A DNA stretch of 64,000 nucleotides from Carpediemonas membranifera BICM (GCA_019828565.1 JAHDYR010000003.1:557409-621408); one strand, 5' to 3'. Shown: positions 50,097 through 60,855, counted from the first letter of the stretch. Made by a program: numbers and translations. Notes: generated from the sequence alone by a model not told the origin.

Positions 50097-53000
50097 CCTA
50101 GCTGTTATGGTACACCATCTTGCCGTTGCCAACTGCAGCGGCCATGGCGAGGTGGCGGGCATCCGCGCCCGACACGGCGATCTCCTTGTTGCGGGCGAGG
50201 CCGCTGATGATATCGACGTCGGCAAATGCCAGGTCGGCCTGGCGCTTCTTCTCGAGGCCCTTGGCGGCCTCGGCCTCGGCCTTGGCCAGGATGGTGAGGG
50301 CTGCGGCCTCGGCCTCGGCGATGATGCGGTCGGCCTCGGCCTTGGACTCGCGCTGCGTCTGCTCGATCTGGGCGAGGATCTCGTCGCGCTCGAAGGCGGC
50401 CTGGGCCTGGATGTCGCGGACCCGGGTGATGCGCTCGGCGTCCGCCTTGGCGGCCTCCATCTCGGCGTCGGCCTTGACCTGGTTGACGCGGGCGGTCGTC
50501 TCGGCCTCGATGACGGAGATCTTGGCCTTCGTGTCGGCGCGGATCTCGGCGATCTCGCGGTCGATCTCGGCGATCATCTGGTCGTTCTCCTTCTCCATCT
50601 CCTTGAGCCGCTCGTTCGAGCTGTTCTGCTGCTTGGAGAGATCCTCCTTGTGGTTGAGGACGTTCATGTCGAACAGCTGCTTCTGCTTCTCCTCGTCGTG
50701 CCTGATGTCGAACTCGGCTCTCTTCTGGAGCGTGTCGGCGAGCTTGTCCTCGAGCTTGACGCGAGTGATCGTGATCTGGTCGACGATGACGCCGTATGTC
50801 CTGAACTTCTCGTTCATCTCGTTGAGCTGGCCCTCCGTGTTGCGGCCCTGGAGCGAGTAAACGTCGATGAGGAGCGTGTTGCGGACAATCTGCCTCACAA
50901 AGTCCTCCTGGCTAGCGCGGAGAAGGTCCTGGGTTAGAGTGGGGGGTGTGACGTACGTCGAGCTTCTCGGGGCCCAGCTTGTAGATGAAGTCCTCGGCCG
51001 AGATGATCTTGAACACGAGGAGCACCTCGATCTGGACATCCACGTTATCCTTGCTCTTGCAGTTCTTGATGGGCGCGCTAAATACATTGGAGCGCCTGGT
51101 GACCATGAAAACCATCCGGGTGCCGGGCAGCAGCATGTGGCGACCAGGATCGAAGGGGGGCAGGCGCTTGCCCCAACGGGTGGCCAGGCCAGTGAAGCCA
51201 TCAGGGACACGGACGTAGATGTTCTTGAGAGGACGGCGCTTGGGAATCAGGACGATGGGCGTGAAGCCTGAGGGCTTGAGGCCAATCAGCTCGTGGCAAT
51301 CGTCAATGGACTTCACTTGGATCGTGGAAAGCGTGGTTCCCTCTCTCTTAGCCGCACTGGAGAGCCAATGCGTTGGGACATAGTTTGCGATGATGTTCAT
51401 TGGTCGTTGTAGCGGTGATTTCGCGTTGACTTCGTGCACAGTCGAGATTTTCAATCGCCATTATTAGAGACACCACCAGTTGTAGTAGACCATCAAGTTC
51501 GCCACCAAATGGAAGTCAAGCGGATCCTGCTTGCATTCGTAAACCCGTGGGCATCGTGATGTCGACCAAGGTGTGCCTTGTGAATCAGTGATCAATGAAA
51601 CCAAGCGAGACACCGGATTGACGCAAGCAGCGTTGGCTCCCTATCATGTGACCCTTTTCGTCTGGTCTTTGCTGGCACGACCAATGTGCAGCTTAGTACA
51701 GAACCGCACCGTTCTCAACGAAGATAGAATGATCGGCAGTGATGCCAATGATATTGATGAAGGCGCTGATGATCCATTTGCGCCCAGCTCCGAAGAAAAG
51801 AATGCCGAGCAGAATGAGGAGCTCCAGAATGACCAAGGATTTCCACCCATTCTGCTCGCAAACAATCCATGCTCTGCTGGCGATGCGAATCACCCTGCAG
51901 GCGATAACGCCGAGCAAAATACACCAGAGAATGAACGGGTGCGGGTTGAGAACATTCCTGCCAGTCCAGCCGGACCGAGGAATCAACGGAATACTATCCC
52001 AGTTGTTGTTCCGACACACAGGAACGCCAACCCCATTGAGATCGAAGCCGGGAACGACCCCGACGAGGAGACAGTATTCCAGCCCGTGGTGCTCTACAAC
52101 AGCAATGTGCTCGACCTCCCGCATCCGGCGCAGGATCCCGACCTGCAGGCCATTATCGCCCAGAATGCCCACATCGCGGCACCTCCGGCAGAAAATCAAC
52201 ATGACCATGACGCGAAGGTTGCTGAGCAACGCGAAGAGCCACATCGAGATGCACCAGTCGGGGTTGGAGAACTCCTCAAGGAGAAGGAAGCCCTCGTAGA
52301 AGAGTGCGCTTTCCAGCAGAGCCGCCTCGAGACCAGCCTCTGCATTGAAAGGGCCGTGTGCAGATCTGAGGAACGCCCAGGTCATGACATCAGGGCATTG
52401 CCTGAGTTCATCAACTTCAGGGTCCTATCGGGTTGCAACATCCGTACGTCGGGAAAGCACGCCCCCGCCAATGACAAGAATAGCGCTAAGATCAAGGAGC
52501 TGCAAAGACAGAACGCCGCCCTGAAGGCCGAGCTGTCCCGGCTGCAGCATTGCGCTGGTGTCTCTGAGAACAAGGTTCGGGCAGCGCTGGGAAGGGAGAA
52601 GCTTGATGTACCTGCTGAGCCCCAGCCAGCGGCCGACAACCAAGACGACCTGGAGGTGATGTCCGATGATCCGGTGTGGAATTCCAGACGCTACAGCGCT
52701 ATTCGGGGCAACAAGCATCGGCGGGGAGCGATAGCAGCATACGATACCGTGCTTGCTCTGCTCGGAGGGGTTGGTAAAGCGGACGCGGTGCCCCCCGCCC
52801 CTGCCCGAAGCGAGGTCCCCTCGCCACCACCTGTAAGCCCGCAGAAAGGGGCCATGTCTGATGCGGAGAGACAAAGGAAGAAGCGGGCCCGCGAGAAGGC
52901 TGCTAAAGCTGATACTAAGCAGTTCGAAGCCCAGAATGAGGTTCTCGATGAGATCCTCAACAACAGGAAGGCTATGCTGGCGGCGGCCCTCAGGAACCGG

Positions 53001-55119
53001 ATTGTTGGGCTCATTGACGTTCCCCTGCTAGTCCAGCCCCCCAACGGCCAAGACGACGGCCCGAACGCCAACGAGTTCCCTGCCTTACCCCGGCTGGACG
53101 CGATACCTAGCATCCGCCAGATGGATGCGTCTGCTCTTGAGAGCAAGCACTCCACCGACGATTATGCGCCGTTCCCCGACTTTGACAAAGGCGCTGGCGG
53201 TGGGACGTGCGATGCCGATGTCGATGATGAGGACCCCGAGACCGACGACGAGCACCAGGTACTGGCTGGGCTCGCGGGCATGCGGATCGGCGGGGATACA
53301 GGTCCAATGGTGACTACAGCCGCGGCATCAAGGGCCGGGAGACCTAAGGCGCATGTCAAGCCGCAGCTGCAGGCCCTACTGGACACGAAGAACTATGTCG
53401 AGAGCATCACCTTTGCCAACGCCAATGGCGCCCTGACCGGCCACGCTGATGTGATCCAGGAGAGAAGGGACGAGCTCCGCATGGCCATAGCCCTCGCCAA
53501 GTCATGCCTCGAGGGCGACCTGGCTGTAGTTCAGACACTGATCGATGCTGGCGTCAACCTCGAGATCCGGGACGACGATGGAGACACGCCACTCCTCATA
53601 GCAACCATGAAGGGCCACGTAGGCATCGTCAGGGCGCTTGTGAAAGCCAAGGCCGACTGCTCTGTTGTCCGAGCCAACGGGGCGAGCCCCCTCCTGATCG
53701 CCGCAATGTACGGCAACGTCGACCTGACGCGGCTCCTGATCAATGCCAACAAGAGCATGGTCGACGTGCCCGATGGGAATGACGTCAGCCCTCTCACGCT
53801 GGCCGCAACCTTTGGTCACAACAAGTGCGTTGGACTGCTGGTTGAGGGCGGGGCGGATGTCAACGGCAAGCGGCGTTCAAGCGACGCGTGGACCCCACTC
53901 ATTGCTGCAGCGCTGAAGGACCACGCGGAGATCGTCAAGCTGCTGGTGCGGGCGAAAGCCGACCTCAGCCTTGCCGACGAGGCCGGCCAGACGGCTCTGA
54001 TGGCCGCCTGCATCAACGGCCACCTCGACAGCATCAAGGCGCTCGTTGAAGCCGGAGCCGACATCTCTGCCGTCGACAACAACGACGACCCCGTGCTCAT
54101 CCTCGCCGTGCAGCGGAAGCAGTCTGCCGTCGTCAGCTACCTGCTAGAGGAAGGATGCAGCCCCAATGCCTGCCGGGCGGATGGTTGCACGGCCCTCTAC
54201 ATAGCCGCGCAGAGCGGGTGCAGTGAGATCGTCAAATTACTGCTCGATAGGGGCGCAGACACCACCATCCCAGATGCGGACGGCAAGCTTCCCTCAGAGA
54301 TCGCCAAGGCCAATGGCCACAAGAAGTGCGCCGCCCTGCTCGATCGCACCCGGCAGACGGAAAGGGCCGAGACGTCACTTGTCGCCGCCGCCGCCGATGG
54401 GAACCAGGCGATCGTCCGAGACCTCCTTGGATCCGGGGCCGACCCCAACAGGCCTAATGATCAAGGGCGCACGCCCCTCATCGCCGCCGCCATCGGGAGC
54501 CACTCGGACGTTGTCGAGCTGCTCCTCAGTCGGGGAGCGACGATCGACCTCGGCGGAAGTGACGGGCGCACCTCCCTCATGGAAGCCTGTCTCCACGGCC
54601 GCACGAGTGTTGTGGAGGTGCTCATCGAGCGAGGGGCAGACCGCGAGCTGGCAGACCCTAGCGGCAGCACCGCGCTGCACCATGCCGTCGAGGGAGGGCA
54701 CGCCTGCGTTGGCGTCATGCTTCGGGCCGGGTGCAACGTTAACGCCCGCAAGACCAATGGCTGCACCGCTCTCTACCTCGCCGCGAAAGAGGGGCGAAAC
54801 GAGATCCTCAAGATGCTAGTCGACGCAGGCGCAGATCCGACGATGAAGGGCAAGACGGGCTGGCTCCACAAGGCCAGGACCCCACGGGAGATCGCACGGG
54901 CGAAGGGGCACAAGGATTGCGTCGACCAGCTCGACCATCCCGAGCACGGGGCTGAGAATCCCGCCACGCAGGCCCCAGAGGCAGACGCGGGCGACGTCCA
55001 GGCCGAGCTGGAGGCCATGCAGCTCTCAGACGACAGCGAGCCGGACGCGGAGGGCCAACCTGTCATGCCCGAGGCCGGTAGCGTCGGCAGTGCGTTCCCT
55101 GACGATCCGCCGCTGTTGG
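50097..55119. repeat. Inverted segmental duplication, copy B (partner 16229-21451)
   Basis: Reverse complement of copy A with small indels. Confidence 0.95.
50098..51400 (-). CDS. SPFH/band-7 protein, second intact copy; 28-nt intron 50929-50956
   Basis: Same protein as 20151-21450 plus one C-terminal Ser. Confidence 0.85.
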
Positions 55120-55613
55120 CTGCTGTCGCCGATCCCGGGAAAGTTGACGCGGTGCTGAAGGGGAAGGTCGACGTCAACGTCATCAGCCGGGGCACCACCG
55201 CGCTCGTCGCAGCCATCCAGGGCGGCCACTGGGACTCTGCCCGAAGGCTGCTCTCCCACGGGGCCGACCCGCTCCTCCCGGCCGACGGAGTCAACGCGAT
55301 GCAGGTGCCACCTGACACGCTGCCGGCTGATGTCCTTGACGGCATCAAGACAGCACTCACGCGCCACCTGTGTCGTGCGGCCGCCCAGTCCGACGATAAG
55401 GAGGTGAAGCGACTCTTGACATTGGGCGCGAAGCCCTCTGGCGTCGGGGATGCAGTGCCGCTGTGTGAAGCTGTCAAGGCGAACAGCTTTGCAGTAGTGC
55501 GGACCTTGGTGAAGCACGGAGCGGACGCAGCCGCTGTGGAGAAGGACAAGGTGGCGAAGAAGATGCTCCGTAAGAACGAGGACCTGGCGAACCTCCTTCG
55601 CAAGGGCGTGTGA
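51573..55613 (+). CDS. Ankyrin-repeat protein with a long unrelated N-terminal region (start uncertain; ankyrin part begins ~53481)
   Basis: Many GxTPLxxAAxxGH...LLxxGAD repeats in one continuous 1346-codon frame. Confidence 0.85.
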   Translation: MPCESVINETKRDTGLTQAALAPYHVTLFVWSLLARPMCSLVQNRTVLNEDRMIGSDANDIDEGADDPFAPSSEEKNAEQNEELQNDQGFPPILLANNPCSAGDANHPAGDNAEQNTPENERVRVENIPASPAGPRNQRNTIPVVVPTHRNANPIEIEAGNDPDEETVFQPVVLYNSNVLDLPHPAQDPDLQAIIAQNAHIAAPPAENQHDHDAKVAEQREEPHRDAPVGVGELLKEKEALVEECAFQQSRLETSLCIERAVCRSEERPGHDIRALPEFINFRVLSGCNIRTSGKHAPANDKNSAKIKELQRQNAALKAELSRLQHCAGVSENKVRAALGREKLDVPAEPQPAADNQDDLEVMSDDPVWNSRRYSAIRGNKHRRGAIAAYDTVLALLGGVGKADAVPPAPARSEVPSPPPVSPQKGAMSDAERQRKKRAREKAAKADTKQFEAQNEVLDEILNNRKAMLAAALRNRIVGLIDVPLLVQPPNGQDDGPNANEFPALPRLDAIPSIRQMDASALESKHSTDDYAPFPDFDKGAGGGTCDADVDDEDPETDDEHQVLAGLAGMRIGGDTGPMVTTAAASRAGRPKAHVKPQLQALLDTKNYVESITFANANGALTGHADVIQERRDELRMAIALAKSCLEGDLAVVQTLIDAGVNLEIRDDDGDTPLLIATMKGHVGIVRALVKAKADCSVVRANGASPLLIAAMYGNVDLTRLLINANKSMVDVPDGNDVSPLTLAATFGHNKCVGLLVEGGADVNGKRRSSDAWTPLIAAALKDHAEIVKLLVRAKADLSLADEAGQTALMAACINGHLDSIKALVEAGADISAVDNNDDPVLILAVQRKQSAVVSYLLEEGCSPNACRADGCTALYIAAQSGCSEIVKLLLDRGADTTIPDADGKLPSEIAKANGHKKCAALLDRTRQTERAETSLVAAAADGNQAIVRDLLGSGADPNRPNDQGRTPLIAAAIGSHSDVVELLLSRGATIDLGGSDGRTSLMEACLHGRTSVVEVLIERGADRELADPSGSTALHHAVEGGHACVGVMLRAGCNVNARKTNGCTALYLAAKEGRNEILKMLVDAGADPTMKGKTGWLHKARTPREIARAKGHKDCVDQLDHPEHGAENPATQAPEADAGDVQAELEAMQLSDDSEPDAEGQPVMPEAGSVGSAFPDDPPLLAAVADPGKVDAVLKGKVDVNVISRGTTALVAAIQGGHWDSARRLLSHGADPLLPADGVNAMQVPPDTLPADVLDGIKTALTRHLCRAAAQSDDKEVKRLLTLGAKPSGVGDAVPLCEAVKANSFAVVRTLVKHGADAAAVEKDKVAKKMLRKNEDLANLLRKGV

Positions 55614-56141
55614 TACCCAACCCGACCGGAGCCCCCGTGTATTGAACGATAAACACTGTTTACTTGTGCCATAAACAGTCGAGGTATCGGTGATGTGGTG
55701 CATGTAATTCAGTCCTTGCCTGGCCCCGACTCAAGCCGGCAAAAATGCCGGAAGTCGCCCCGTCGCCTCATGCGGAATGAATTGGCAATCAACTGAAATT
55801 GGAGCAATTCGGAATTTTTGACTGTTGCAACACACGCATCATCACGACATCAGCAGACCGTCACGTCAAAACTACTACACACGCAAAGTGTCTCCCCATT
55901 TTTTGAATGAATCAAAAGCGACCCTACGAAAAGAGGTGAATGGCTGTATAGGCTTGAATATCACGCAGCGGTATCACAACCTGCCTCCTGCAGCATCAGG
56001 CGCGCTTTCTATAGTTAAAACCATTTTTGCAAGGTTCTCCTCCAAACCTCCCTTGTGTAACGAAGAGGTCGCTAGTTCGTCCGTTAGAGTGCCATTGGGA
56101 TGATCCTGATGGCTTAATCGTGCTATTTGCTTACATAGAAC

Positions 56142-56350
56142 ATGCCCAAGCGTAAGAACACCACTGCCCACAACCGTACCTACAAGGCTCACCGCAACGG
56201 CATCAAGAAGCCCGCTCGCCAGTACAAGCGCACCACCCTCGGCGTATGTTGATTGTTTATAGCTTGTTCTTACTCTAGATGGACCAGAAGTTCCTCCGCA
56301 ACCAGCGTTGGGCTACCAAGCACCGTATCGAGGCCGAGGCTAAGAACTAA
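56142..56350 (+). CDS. RPL29: 60S ribosomal protein L29 (eL29); 35-nt intron 56244-56278
   Basis: MPKRKNTTAHNRTYKAHRNGIKKP...G|MDQKFLRNQRWA; absent from the ORF track. Confidence 0.95.
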
Positions 56351-56537
56351 GCGGTATAAAATCTTTCGAATGCCAAACGCAAGCATTTGGCATGTGATGG
56401 GGACCAGTGACGACGGCGGGGAACGTGTCCTGACAATTGGCCGCTGGCCATGGCCGCGAGGATCAGCGGCGGTCTGTTCACAAGCGTGCGGAGTCGTGGC
56501 AGAGGAAACACCGCCAGTGAACAAAACCGGATAGAAT

Positions 56538-56855
56538 TTACACCATCTGCGCTAGCTTCTGGGACAGGAAGCCCCACATCTCCTTCGACTCGGAGGGGAA
56601 CATGCTGAGAGTCAATTCAGCCTCACCATTCTCAGTGAGACGGACAGAATACTCGTTCTTCGCGTAAATAAGGGATATGAGATCAGCCTCATTGATCTTA
56701 GCCTTGGCAAGAAGCTCAGAAACGGGCACTACAGTTTTCCCCGCCATAACAAGCTCTGCAACGGCATTGTGCATCTTCTTCTCATCAGCTGTCATTTCGC
56801 TTTCCTTCACAACGAAAGGAGCCGCGGTAGAGGAATCAGAGGCGTTCTGGCTCAT
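56538..56855 (-). CDS. Small hypothetical protein
   Basis: 105-aa ATG ORF whose stop overlaps the TGTAAA 3' motif. Confidence 0.6.
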   Translation of the reverse strand: MSQNASDSSTAAPFVVKESEMTADEKKMHNAVAELVMAGKTVVPVSELLAKAKINEADLISLIYAKNEYSVRLTENGEAELTLSMFPSESKEMWGFLSQKLAQMV

Positions 56856-56983
56856 GGCTCGAACAGACTGGCCCCTAAACTGCGCGAAGAGTTGAAGTCA
56901 CCTCTGTGCGAGCCGTGCACGCCGTCACTCGGGAACGGAGGAGTAAAACGCCGCCGCTATTTACAACAATATGGGTCTGCCTC

Positions 56984-57835
56984 TCATTCGGGCATAATGA
57001 TGTCGATGACGGTGTCCTTCGCGGCCTTGATGTCAGCAAAAGAAGTCGTGGAGAAGCCGATGATTCCCCGGACGACAAGGCCCCACAGACACTCCACTAC
57101 AAGCACACAGCCAACGACCGTGGCCATGGATTGGACGGAGACGCGGGCAGCGGGCAGCATTGCGACGGTGACGAAGAGAGTCGAGTGACCGATGCCCATC
57201 GCCCAGAACGGGTAGGACACGATGAACACGGGGAACACCGTGCCTGTGAAGAACAGGATCTGGGGCAGGGTGGAGTAGCCTGCTAGACAAATGATGGTGG
57301 CGAGATCGAGTCCAAAGCTAAAGAGGACATCGAGGGCATAGAGAACGCCACTTAGAGAGCCTATATACACATAAACACCAACTAACATGTAAATGAACCG
57401 GTTGAAGTTGTACGGGTCCGGGTCCGCCCGGTGGAGCAGCGTCGAGATGAGGGAGTTCGACACAAAGCCTACAACGCCCACAAGAATGGCAAGCGTTGCT
57501 GCAAACCAGATGGGGGCCCACATGTCGGGTTTCCCGTCCAGCGATGCGATCCACCGAGGGTGTGGTATGAGGGTACGGAGCGTGCGGAGGGCGACCTCGG
57601 TAGAGTTCACGTCGAAGAAGCGTTGAATAAAACCCACACGGATGAACGAAGCTTCCTCAATAACGATCTCTTCCTTGCTAACAGGTGGAGGGACGCCACG
57701 AGCGCTGTTTGCTTGTGTTTCAGAGGGTTTCATCAAAAGAACCCTTGGAGCAACGTCTGCGTCTGGAGCAAAGTCAGCATCATCGGGTAGATTGTCCAAC
57801 TGCAGATCTTCGTCGTCCCAGGCAGTCGCGTTCAT
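56984..57835 (-). CDS. Yip1-domain Golgi membrane protein (YIPF1/2-like)
   Basis: FFDVNSTEV..R, KPDMWAPIWFAATL, IICLAGYS; ~5 TM helices. Confidence 0.85.
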   Translation of the reverse strand: MNATAWDDEDLQLDNLPDDADFAPDADVAPRVLLMKPSETQANSARGVPPPVSKEEIVIEEASFIRVGFIQRFFDVNSTEVALRTLRTLIPHPRWIASLDGKPDMWAPIWFAATLAILVGVVGFVSNSLISTLLHRADPDPYNFNRFIYMLVGVYVYIGSLSGVLYALDVLFSFGLDLATIICLAGYSTLPQILFFTGTVFPVFIVSYPFWAMGIGHSTLFVTVAMLPAARVSVQSMATVVGCVLVVECLWGLVVRGIIGFSTTSFADIKAAKDTVIDIIMPE

Positions 57836-57972
57836 CTAGACGAATCTGGCGACAAGCTCTTGTCGGTATTTATGTGATTTACGATGACATGTATACGTCG
57901 CAGTACCCTCCAATACACTGTGCAGGCCGGCACAAGGTCCTGGCCAGGGTTGATCCAACTAAAACTGCCCCT

Positions 57973-59382
57973 TTACCTCCCCAGGACAAGCTTGTCCAGA
58001 TCGAGTCCATATGGCGCAATCACCCGCTTCAGCGCGTCGGGCTTCTGTGCATATGAGAGTAGAAGGCCGTAGTTCGTCACAGGAACGCCGGACTCGGCCA
58101 AGGCGTCGAGGCGTGCGACCGTGGCCTGCTGGTCGAGCATACAGGCGCCGCAGTGGACGACAAGTGCGTAGTCCCGGACGTCGTCGCGCGGGAACACGCG
58201 GCCGAACGAGTGCTCGATGGTGATCGCCTCTCCGGGCACGCCACTGAGCTCCGTGGCCATGCGCTTGATAATGCGGGGGAGCTGAGTAAGGCCGATGTCC
58301 TCGCAGTTCTCGGTGAGCCTGTCGTGGTTGCAGGCCTCGCATATGAGCACCTTATCGCCCGGCTTCAGGTGGTGGAGCGCCTCGAGCCCCGCTATGAGTT
58401 CCGGCAACCGTCCGCCCGACATGAAGTTGATCATGGCGGTGCTGAACGTCGTCATGGGGAGATCCATGCCCTTCGTCCAGGGGTACACCACATCCATCGC
58501 CTGGGAGTCAGTAACGAGCAGTCTAAGGTTCGACGCTGTGTTGAGCGCCTGGTAGAAGCGCTCCTGCTCATCAGAAGAGGTCGGTCCGCGGGCCTGGCCG
58601 AGGTCCATGCGGTAGCACACCGTGCTGAGGTACTTAGACAGCGCCTGCTCCTGTGTGAAGGCCTGGGGCCTGAGGAGCCGGCACCCTGGGGTCTCGGCGT
58701 CCATGGGGATGTTGAGGAAGACAGCCCCGCGCCGGTCGGAGTTCGGGACGTCGGGCAGGAGGGAGACCTGCTTCATCCCGAGGTTGTACGTCTCCTCGAT
58801 ATGGTGGATGAGCTTCTGCCCGGCGTTTGCCGAGTGCAAGTCGATGGCGACATCGTTGAGGGCGGGGTACGCCTGCTTGAGGGTGGCCACGAGGTCGGCT
58901 GGGGGCTGCATGCCACCCTCGCGAACGTTGAATATGACCAGGGCGGGCTTGTTGCGGGCCTTGGCCTGTGAGAGGACGTCGAGCTCGGTGGAACAGTCCC
59001 GGGCGGACACACAGGCGTCCACATGCACGACCAGGATGCACAGGTCGGACTGAAGCAGCGCAGATTCGGTCTTCCAGCGCTTCTTGTCCCCGAGGGGGCC
59101 GTTCTCGTCCAGTCCGGCCGTGTCGAAGAGCTTGACGGGGCCCATCTTATGGAACTCGATCAGGGCCTGCTTCACATCTGCGGTGGTGCCTGGTGTGTCG
59201 TCTACGATTGAGGTCTGCTGCTGGGTGAAGTTGTTCATCAATGTGCTCTTCCCAGCGTTCATACGACCGAAAATACCGATGTTCTTGCGTACAATGAAAG
59301 ATGTAGAGGCGTTCCTGCTGAATACGGTCGGTGAGAAGATCGCATCCTTGATGCTTGATGCAACCGAGGCAGCAGAAAGCAT
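57973..59382 (-). CDS. hydF: [FeFe]-hydrogenase maturation GTPase HydF with putative organelle presequence
   Basis: GRMNAGKST, GTTAD, DTAG, LVTDSQA, TTFS, EACNH...HCGACM, GVPVTNYG. Confidence 0.95.
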   Translation of the reverse strand: MLSAASVASSIKDAIFSPTVFSRNASTSFIVRKNIGIFGRMNAGKSTLMNNFTQQQTSIVDDTPGTTADVKQALIEFHKMGPVKLFDTAGLDENGPLGDKKRWKTESALLQSDLCILVVHVDACVSARDCSTELDVLSQAKARNKPALVIFNVREGGMQPPADLVATLKQAYPALNDVAIDLHSANAGQKLIHHIEETYNLGMKQVSLLPDVPNSDRRGAVFLNIPMDAETPGCRLLRPQAFTQEQALSKYLSTVCYRMDLGQARGPTSSDEQERFYQALNTASNLRLLVTDSQAMDVVYPWTKGMDLPMTTFSTAMINFMSGGRLPELIAGLEALHHLKPGDKVLICEACNHDRLTENCEDIGLTQLPRIIKRMATELSGVPGEAITIEHSFGRVFPRDDVRDYALVVHCGACMLDQQATVARLDALAESGVPVTNYGLLLSYAQKPDALKRVIAPYGLDLDKLVLGR

Positions 59383-59683
59383 GTTACAGAGTTTGGTTTT
59401 CGAGGGCACCTGGCGATCGCGGCAGATACGGAATCGGATCCTATCGATCGAAGCAGCAGCTCAAGCCGACTAGATGAACGCCAGTGTGAGTTGATGGGGA
59501 GGCAATGGCGGTGTATGACGACCGGTTGAGGTTCAGACGGTTGACGACGATGAGCAAAAAGCCCGACCCAGAATATAAATGAACCCGCCCAAATTCGTCC
59601 ATACCACCAGTAAACTAGCTCATTGGGCCATATACGCGCAGTTTTTACCATCGCGCAGTTTATGCTCCAAGAAACGAACAGCA

Positions 59684-60634
59684 ATGCAGGTGACGGCCAG
59701 TCCGGTGCATACACAACAACGAGCAATTGCAGATAATAACGATAGGTTGAACACGCAATACGAGCTTATCAACCCCGTAGGGCTTGATGATCGCACATAT
59801 AGTGCCACGATGATGCTTGAGAAGCGAAGGGAGACATTTGAAGTAGAACAGGCGCTTGAAGCACAAAAGGCGGAATATGCACGTAAGCTAACAGAGTTCA
59901 AGCGGAAGGAGGAGGAGCTGCACGCCAAGGACCAGGAGCTCCAGGAGTCCCTCGTCCGCTTCAACAAGTTCCTGCATGATAACGACCACAAGTGCGTCCG
60001 CGCACAGCGCAAGATCGAGGAGGAACGAGAGCAGGTGGCCCAGAAGTCTCAGGAGATTGACGACCTCAAGCAGCAGCTGGCGGAGCTCAAGCTGGCGTCC
60101 GCGGAGCTGCAGAATGGCCTGGCCCGCCTGAGCATTCACACGGAGTACCTGGAGTCTGTCATTGACCACGACGACGAGTTCACCGAGATCAAGGACATCC
60201 TGACCCGCCACGACACGCTCGTTGCCACGAATAACGACCTCAGACAGCGGTCTGCGTCAGTCCAGAAGTCGATCGAGGAGACTAGGGCAGAGCTAGCCGA
60301 CCTAGAGAAGGCGAGAGCGGCGGACGTGTTGAACTTGAACAACAGGCTGTCCGTTCTGCAGCAGGAGTACGAGGAGCGCGAGCGGGCCGCGTCCAACGCA
60401 CAGGGGTTCAGGGACGCTGCCGTGGAGCTCCGGATATCCCGCGCGGGCCAGTCTGGCGCCCTTCTCATGGCCGCCGAGAACATCTTCGGCCGGACCCTGG
60501 CGACGTCGCATGTGCTGCAGAAACCGCCGACCATGCCGTCGACACAGCTGGACCTGTTCCGTCTGCACCTGTCAACTGCCGTGAACCACATCCAGGACCT
60601 GGAGCACGTGCTGGCGGAACACGGCGACGGGTGA
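59684..60634 (+). CDS. CCDC42/CFAP73-like ciliary coiled-coil protein (DUF4200)
   Basis: LEKRRE..EVEQAL; LQESLVRFNKFLHDND.K..RA; YLESV; EF.EI.DIL.RHDTL. Confidence 0.85.
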   Translation: MQVTASPVHTQQRAIADNNDRLNTQYELINPVGLDDRTYSATMMLEKRRETFEVEQALEAQKAEYARKLTEFKRKEEELHAKDQELQESLVRFNKFLHDNDHKCVRAQRKIEEEREQVAQKSQEIDDLKQQLAELKLASAELQNGLARLSIHTEYLESVIDHDDEFTEIKDILTRHDTLVATNNDLRQRSASVQKSIEETRAELADLEKARAADVLNLNNRLSVLQQEYEERERAASNAQGFRDAAVELRISRAGQSGALLMAAENIFGRTLATSHVLQKPPTMPSTQLDLFRLHLSTAVNHIQDLEHVLAEHGDG

Positions 60635-60664
60635 CGGGGTCGACCCATGTTTACTAAAAGCCCG

Positions 60665-60855
60665 TGCGATGATGACGGGGCAGACATGTTGGTGTTGTCA
60701 TGACGGTTATGCCGGCCCGGAATACGACGATCCCCCAGCCGACTTAAGAAGAGTGGTGGAGCAAGACAGGGCAGTATAGCAGCCGAGTGTCACGGCAATC
60801 CTGCGACGAGTCTCGGTCCTGAACAATGGAGGGCGCTATACAGGCTGTATTCAGC
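60665..60855 (-). mobile_element. Diverged relic of the Fanzor element left end
   Basis: Collinear blocks TCGCAGGAT, ACTGCCCTGTCT, TCTTAAGTCGG, GATCGTC shared with 39385-39536; outer limits approximate. Confidence 0.7.

Noticed and set aside
55811-55821. Sm site (AATTTTTG) suggesting an snRNA
   Set aside because: No U1, U2, U4 or U5 conserved motifs nearby.
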